A DNA stretch of 64,000 nucleotides. Origin: an uncultured Candidatus Rokubacteria bacterium. Lineage in GTDB: Bacteria > Methylomirabilota > Methylomirabilia > Rokubacteriales > DASRDR01. Location: NCBI GenBank assembly GCA_963826115.1, contig CAWGVS010000006.1, forward strand, positions 576,001-640,000. Reading direction: 5' to 3'. Below, one piece after another: positions 59,269-64,000 of this stretch (position 1 is its first letter; each line of letters opens with the position of its first letter). Below the pieces are notes generated by a model. That model was given only the letters and a program-made list of their open reading frames with translations. It did no database searches and was not told where the DNA came from. A program made the position numbers and the translations under genes.

Positions 59269-61260
59269 ATGATCCTGGGCGCGGCGGCAGGCCGCGGGCC
59301 GTCGCGTCTCCGACTCCTCGGCGCGTGCCTGGCCGTCGGGTGCGTGGTGGCCGCGCTCCACTTCTTCCGGCCGCCCCTCCTGGCGCGGGCCGACCTCGTG
59401 GTCTACGACCGGCTCCTCACCGTCGCGCCGCTCCGCGCGCCGTCGGGCACGGTCGCGCTCGTCGAGATCGACGAGCGGAGCCTCGCCGAGGGCGGCCGCT
59501 GGCCGTGGCCCCGGGACCGCGTCGCCGAGCTCCTCGACCGGGTCCGCGCGCTCGGCGCGGTCGCGGTCGGCCTGGACATCCTCTTCTCCGAGCCGGACGC
59601 GGGCGGCGAGACGCCCGGCGCCGCCGGGGCGGCGCCGGGCGCGCTCTCGGCGCGGGACGCGGCGCTCGCGGCCGCGCTCGGCCGGGGACCGTTCGTCGTC
59701 GGCTACGCCTTCACGTTCGACCGGCCGGTCGACCGCATCTGCCAGCTCCGGTCCATCGGCCTCACGCGCGCCGCGGCGGGCGGCGCCCTGAGGGACGTGC
59801 CGCGCGCGACCGGCGTGCTCTGCAGCCTCGGTCCGCTCGGCGCCGCGGCGGCCTCGAGCGGCTTCATGAACGCGTCGCCGGACGCGGACGGCGTCCTCCG
59901 CCGCATGCCGCAGATCGTGGAGTTCGGGGGGGAGGTCTATCCGAGCCTCGCGCTCGCGACCGTCCGGACCGGGCTCGCCGCCGAGCGGCTCTCGCTCGTC
60001 GACCCCGCGGCGGGCTGGCCGGCCCTGCGGCTCGGCGACCGCGAGGTGCCGCTCGACGCCGACGGCAGCATGCTCGTCCGCTTCCGCGGGCCGGCCGGGA
60101 CCTTCCCGCGCGTTCCGGCGATCGACGTCCTCCGGGACCGCGCGCCGGCCGGCGTGCTCGCGGGCCGGATCGTGTTCGTGGGCGTGGCCGCCCTCGGGCT
60201 CGGCGACACGGTCGCCACGCCGCTCGGCACGTTCATGCCCGGCGCCGAGGTGCACGCGACCGTGGCCGACAACCTCCTCCGCGGGGACCTCGTCCGCCGC
60301 CCGCCGCGCGCGACCGCCGGCGAGGTCGGCCTGGTCTTCCTCGCCGCGCTCGGCGTGGCCGCGGGCGTGATCGGCCTCGGCTGGCGGTGGACCCTGCCCC
60401 TCGCCGTCGGGGGCGGGGTCCTCCTGTGGGTCGGCGCGGGATGGCTTCTCGGCAGCCTCGGCACGTTCGTCTCGCCGCTGTTCCCGTCGCTCGCGCTCCT
60501 GGGCGCTCTCGCCGCCGCCGCGCTCCACAAGCTCGTCGCCGAGCGGGCGCGCGCCGACCAGAGCACCCGCCAGCTCCGCACCGCGCGCGAGATGATCCTC
60601 CACGCCCTGACCTCGCTCACCGAGACGCGGGACTTCGAGACCGGGGCGCATCTCGTCCGGTGCAGCAGCTACGCGCGGTCCCTCGGCGAGGCGCTCGCCC
60701 CGCACCCGAAGTTCCGGAGCTTCCTCACGCCGGAGACGATCGACCTCATCGCGCGGCTGGCGCCCATCCACGACATCGGGAAGGTCGGGGTGGCGGACCG
60801 GACGCTCCGGAAACCCGGGCCGCTCTCCGACGACGAGCGGGAGGAGATGGCGCGGCATCCGATCTACGGGCGCGACGTGATCGTGCGCACCGAGGAGCGG
60901 GTGGGGGTGCGCGACGACTTCCTGCTGACGCTCGCGAAGGAGATCGTCTACTCGCATCACGAGCGCTGGGACGGCTCCGGCTACCCGGAGGGCCTCCGCG
61001 GCGAGGCGATCCCCGTCCCCGGACGGATGGTCGCGCTCGTCGACGTCTACGACGCCCTCTCGAGCGCGCGCGTCTACAAGGGCGCGCTCCCGCACGACGA
61101 GGTGGTCCACGCCATCGTGTCGGGGCGGGGCGCCCACTTCGATCCGGACATGGTCGACGCCTTCCTCCGGATCCAGGAGGACTGGCGCCGGATCGCGATC
61201 GACTTCGCGGACGAGCGCGAGGAGCCCGCCGCCGAGCCGCGGGGGCCGGCGGCGGGGTAG
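59269..61260 (+). CDS. CHASE2 sensor plus HD-GYP phosphodiesterase
   Basis: IDERSL, WPWPR, DADGVLRR, PGAEVHA; three TMs; ETGAH, HDIGK, HHERWDGSGYP, DVYDAL. Confidence 0.93.
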   Translation: MILGAAAGRGPSRLRLLGACLAVGCVVAALHFFRPPLLARADLVVYDRLLTVAPLRAPSGTVALVEIDERSLAEGGRWPWPRDRVAELLDRVRALGAVAVGLDILFSEPDAGGETPGAAGAAPGALSARDAALAAALGRGPFVVGYAFTFDRPVDRICQLRSIGLTRAAAGGALRDVPRATGVLCSLGPLGAAAASSGFMNASPDADGVLRRMPQIVEFGGEVYPSLALATVRTGLAAERLSLVDPAAGWPALRLGDREVPLDADGSMLVRFRGPAGTFPRVPAIDVLRDRAPAGVLAGRIVFVGVAALGLGDTVATPLGTFMPGAEVHATVADNLLRGDLVRRPPRATAGEVGLVFLAALGVAAGVIGLGWRWTLPLAVGGGVLLWVGAGWLLGSLGTFVSPLFPSLALLGALAAAALHKLVAERARADQSTRQLRTAREMILHALTSLTETRDFETGAHLVRCSSYARSLGEALAPHPKFRSFLTPETIDLIARLAPIHDIGKVGVADRTLRKPGPLSDDEREEMARHPIYGRDVIVRTEERVGVRDDFLLTLAKEIVYSHHERWDGSGYPEGLRGEAIPVPGRMVALVDVYDALSSARVYKGALPHDEVVHAIVSGRGAHFDPDMVDAFLRIQEDWRRIAIDFADEREEPAAEPRGPAAG

Positions 61261-61275
61261 CCCGCCCGCGCGGCG

Positions 61276-61683
61276 CTACTGCCGCCAGCTCTCCTTGTCG
61301 AGCTTGAGCTTGCCGCCCTCGCGCACGATGTTGATCGTGCCCTTCGCCTCGCCGGGGCTCATGACGCCCTTGCCGACCGCCTCGAGCACGTAGCCGGTGT
61401 CCGTCCTGGACTCCTTCACGACCTTGACGTCCTTCACGTCCATCGCCTTCATGAGGCCGAACATCTTGGCGCGGTCTTCCTTCGGGGTCTTGTCGACCAT
61501 CTCGACCCGTCCCTTCGACAGGTACGGAAGGAGCTCCTCGACGGCCTTGGCCTTCGCGAAGGCGGCCCGGTACTCCGCGTAGAACTTCGCGCCCTCGCCG
61601 GTCGGCTGGGCCTCGACGAGGGATCCCGCGGCGAGCAGAATCCCGACGAGGAGCGCCGCCGCGACACGGACGTGGATCGCCAT
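61276..61683 (-). CDS. Small exported hypothetical protein
   Basis: Signal peptide (VEA/Q), SD AAGGAGG, strong codon bias. Confidence 0.8.
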   Translation of the reverse strand: MAIHVRVAAALLVGILLAAGSLVEAQPTGEGAKFYAEYRAAFAKAKAVEELLPYLSKGRVEMVDKTPKEDRAKMFGLMKAMDVKDVKVVKESRTDTGYVLEAVGKGVMSPGEAKGTINIVREGGKLKLDKESWRQ

Positions 61684-61852
61684 GATGCCTCCTTGGTCTG
61701 GGGGGTCGTCGCGCCCGCGACTCCGGGGTACGCGGATCCGCGTGCGTAGTTGAACCGGTGGACGGCGGCAGCGTCAACTGCTGACTCCGGGGTCGCGCTC
61801 GACGCCGGCCGCCGCCTCGACGGGGTCCGGACCCGCTGCTACAATGACCGCC

Positions 61853-62329
61853 GTGACGGCGGCCGGTTCGGATCTCGCTTCCCTTCCGGACCGGCTCTTC
61901 ACCTATGGCACGCTGATGACCGGCTTCTCGCGGCGCCCGCTCCTCGGCGCGGCCGCCCACCTCGAGGGGATGGGGCGCATCCGCGGCTCCCTCTACCACT
62001 TCGGCGACTACCCGGGGCTGGTCCTCGACGACGGCGGCTGGGTGGCGGGCGAGCTCTACCGCGTGCCCGACCTGCCGGCGCGGCTGCCGGCCCTGGACCG
62101 CGAGGAGTGGTACGACGCCCGCGACGAGACGGGGAGCCTCTACCTCCGGCGCACGGTGCCGGTGCACGGCGTGGGCGGCGAGGTGCGGGAGGCCTGGGTG
62201 TACGCGTACAACGAGCGATTCGGGGCGGCGGCGAGCCGCGGGCCCCGGGTCGAGTCTGGCGACTGGCGCGCCCATCTCGAGGGCGCGCGCGGAACTCATA
62301 CAGTGCCAACGCTGGAGGACCTTCGATGA
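61853..62329 (+). CDS. Gamma-glutamylcyclotransferase family protein
   Basis: LFTYGTL, YPG, GELY, LD.EE, AWVY; GTG 61853 lies 7 nt after TGCTACAAT. Confidence 0.88.
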   Translation: MTAAGSDLASLPDRLFTYGTLMTGFSRRPLLGAAAHLEGMGRIRGSLYHFGDYPGLVLDDGGWVAGELYRVPDLPARLPALDREEWYDARDETGSLYLRRTVPVHGVGGEVREAWVYAYNERFGAAASRGPRVESGDWRAHLEGARGTHTVPTLEDLR

Positions 62330-63709
62330 CCATGGCGGCGTCCGACCTCGTCAAGAACGACCAGGCCCACCTCATCCACCCCCAGCACCACTCGTCCGAG
62401 GCCGCCGAGCCCCTCGTGATCGTGGAAGGGAAGGGCGCGGTCATCAAGGACATCAACGGCCACGAGTACATCGACGGGCTCGCGGGCCTCTGGAACGTCA
62501 GCGTCGGGCACGGCCGGGAGGAGCTGGCGAAGGCCGCGTACGACCAGATGAAGACGCTCGCGTACTACTCGAACTACGTCGGCTACTCGAACATCCCCGC
62601 CGTCGAGCTGGCCACCAAGATCGTCAGCCTTACCTACACGAACATGGCGGCCGTCTACTTCACCTGCGGCGGCGCCGAGGCGAACGAGTCCGCCTTCAAG
62701 ACCGCGCGCTTCTACTGGAAGGCGAAGGGCAAGCCGAACAAGGTCAAGGTCATCGCCCGGCAGAACGCCTACCACGGCGTCACCCTCCAGGCGATGAGCG
62801 CGACCGGCATGGCGCCCTTCTGGAAGATGTTCGAGCCGCGCGTGCCCGGCTTCCTCCACATCCAGGCGCCGTACCCGTACCGCTTCCAGGGCGCGAAGCC
62901 CGGGGAGACGGTGGGGCAGGCGGCGGCCCGCGAGCTCGAGGAGGCGATCCTGCGGGAGGGCGCCGACACGGTGGCGGCCTTCATCGCGGAGCCGATCATC
63001 GGCGGCGGCGGCGTGATCGTCCCGCCGGACGACTACTTTCCCGCGGATCCGCGAGATCTGCACGAAGCACGAGGTCCTGTTCATCGCCGACGAGGTGATC
63101 ACGGGCTTCTGCCGGACCGGCCAGTGGTTCGCGCTGACGCACTGGAACGTCCAGCCGGACATCCAGTCCTTCGCGAAGGCCGTGACCTCCGGCTACGCGC
63201 CGCTCGGCGGCATCGTGGTGAACCGCGACATCTTCGAGACCATGAACTCGGTCAAGCCCGAGGACCGGTGGATGCACGCCTACACCTACTCGGGGCACCC
63301 GATGTGCTGCGCGGTCGGGCTGGCGAACCTCGCCATCATGGAGCGGGAGCGGCTCTGGGAGCGGTCGGCCAAGCTGGGGACGCGCCTCTACCAGGGGCTG
63401 CTCGAGCTCCAGAAGGAGCTGCCGGTCATCGGCGACGTGCGCGGCGGCAAGGGCCTGATCGCGGCCATCGAGCTCGTCTCCGACCGGACGACCAAGGCGG
63501 GCTTCCCGGCGGACCAGAAGGTGGGCCTCCGGATGCGCCGCGACATGGAGAAGCGCGGGTTCGCGACCCGCATCCGGAGCTACCCGGTGCCGGACGGCTC
63601 GATCGCCGAGATGATCTTCTTCTCGCCGCCGCTCGTCATCACCGAGCAGCAGATCGACCGCGTGCTGGAGACGGTGCGGGCGTCGATCAAGGCGGTCCTG
63701 CCGCACTAG
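62326..63709 (+). CDS. Class III PLP aminotransferase (omega-amino acid:pyruvate type), single-base frameshift near 63037-63040
   Basis: YIDGLAGLWN, AYHG, FIAEP, then DEVITGFCRTG, FAKAVTSGYAP, HAYTYSGHP in the next frame. Confidence 0.92.
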
Positions 63710-63738
63710 TCGGTCAACGACCGCTGCGGGCGGTCTCG

Positions 63739-63780
63739 ACGGGGCGTCGGCCGGAAGGCCGGCGCCCCGTTCGCGTTTCC
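63739..63780 (+). terminator. Hairpin terminator after the aminotransferase
   Basis: ACGGGGCGTCGGCC-GGAA-GGCCGGCGCCCCGT, 14-bp stem with GNRA loop and partial U tail. Confidence 0.65.
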
Positions 63781-63787
63781 CTCGCTC

Positions 63788-63817
63788 TTGACGGCAGGTC
63801 CCGGATGGCCGTAGTGT
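63788..63817 (+). promoter_or_regulatory. Putative sigma70 promoter TTGACG-N18-TAGTGT
   Basis: Lies just after the terminator, upstream of the next gene. Confidence 0.45.
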
Positions 63818-63902
63818 CCGGGCCGAGTCGCCGTCCAGCCGCCGGAGCGCGCCGCGCCGAGCGGCTGCCTTCCCGGGTTCCCAGGGCTCCAGGAGGTTCG
63901 TG

Positions 63903-64000
63903 ATGCGCCCACGCCGCCGGCTCCTGCTCGTGGTCCTGTTCGCCATGCTCGCGGCGTCGTCCGCCGGGCTCCCGCCGGTCGGGGCGGGGGGCGTCCCTCC
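63903..64000 (+). CDS. N-terminus of an exported protein (truncated by window edge)
   Basis: AGGAGG SD; MRPRRRLLLVVLFAMLAASSAG signal peptide. Confidence 0.6.
   Translation, partial: MRPRRRLLLVVLFAMLAASSAGLPPVGAGGVP

Noticed and set aside
61844-61852. ATG 61844 as the GGCT start
   Set aside because: It lies inside the extended -10 TGCTACAAT; GTG 61853 fits a leaderless start better

Overview
Very GC-rich, gene-dense bacterial chromosomal segment with about 55 protein-coding genes. I found no rRNA, tRNA, CRISPR array, transposase or phage genes. Gene content (Tat-exported sugar ABC binding proteins, TRAP and NitT/TauT transporters, several LLM/F420-type oxidoreductases, DinB and RraA paralogs) suggests Candidatus Rokubacteria (Methylomirabilota); this is inference only. 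It is mostly catabolic and transport operons plus cimA, GTP-PEPCK, a hybrid histidine kinase and a CHASE2/HD-GYP protein. Main observations: (1) a protein-disulfide oxidoreductase split by an in-frame TGA exactly at the first Cys of its CxxC motif (UPHC) with a SECIS-like hairpin, i.e. a probable selenoprotein, followed by a coupled small membrane peptide that may also read through TGA; (2) five tiny in-frame 'bridge' ORFs that each start on the upstream stop (RTGA) and stop on the downstream start (RTGA), suggesting relay translational coupling or gene-deletion scars; (3) a non-canonical chromate-resistance operon chrB-[OCD/mu-crystallin]-chrA-[ChrF::ArsC-like fusion] with a visible promoter and operator; (4) a small metallothionein-like gene; (5) several apparently leaderless genes; (6) a probable (R)-selective amine transaminase and a Cys-less thiolase/DUF35 pair. 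Two genes carry single-base frameshifts that are probably sequencing errors. All family assignments come from motif recognition by eye; no searches were run.
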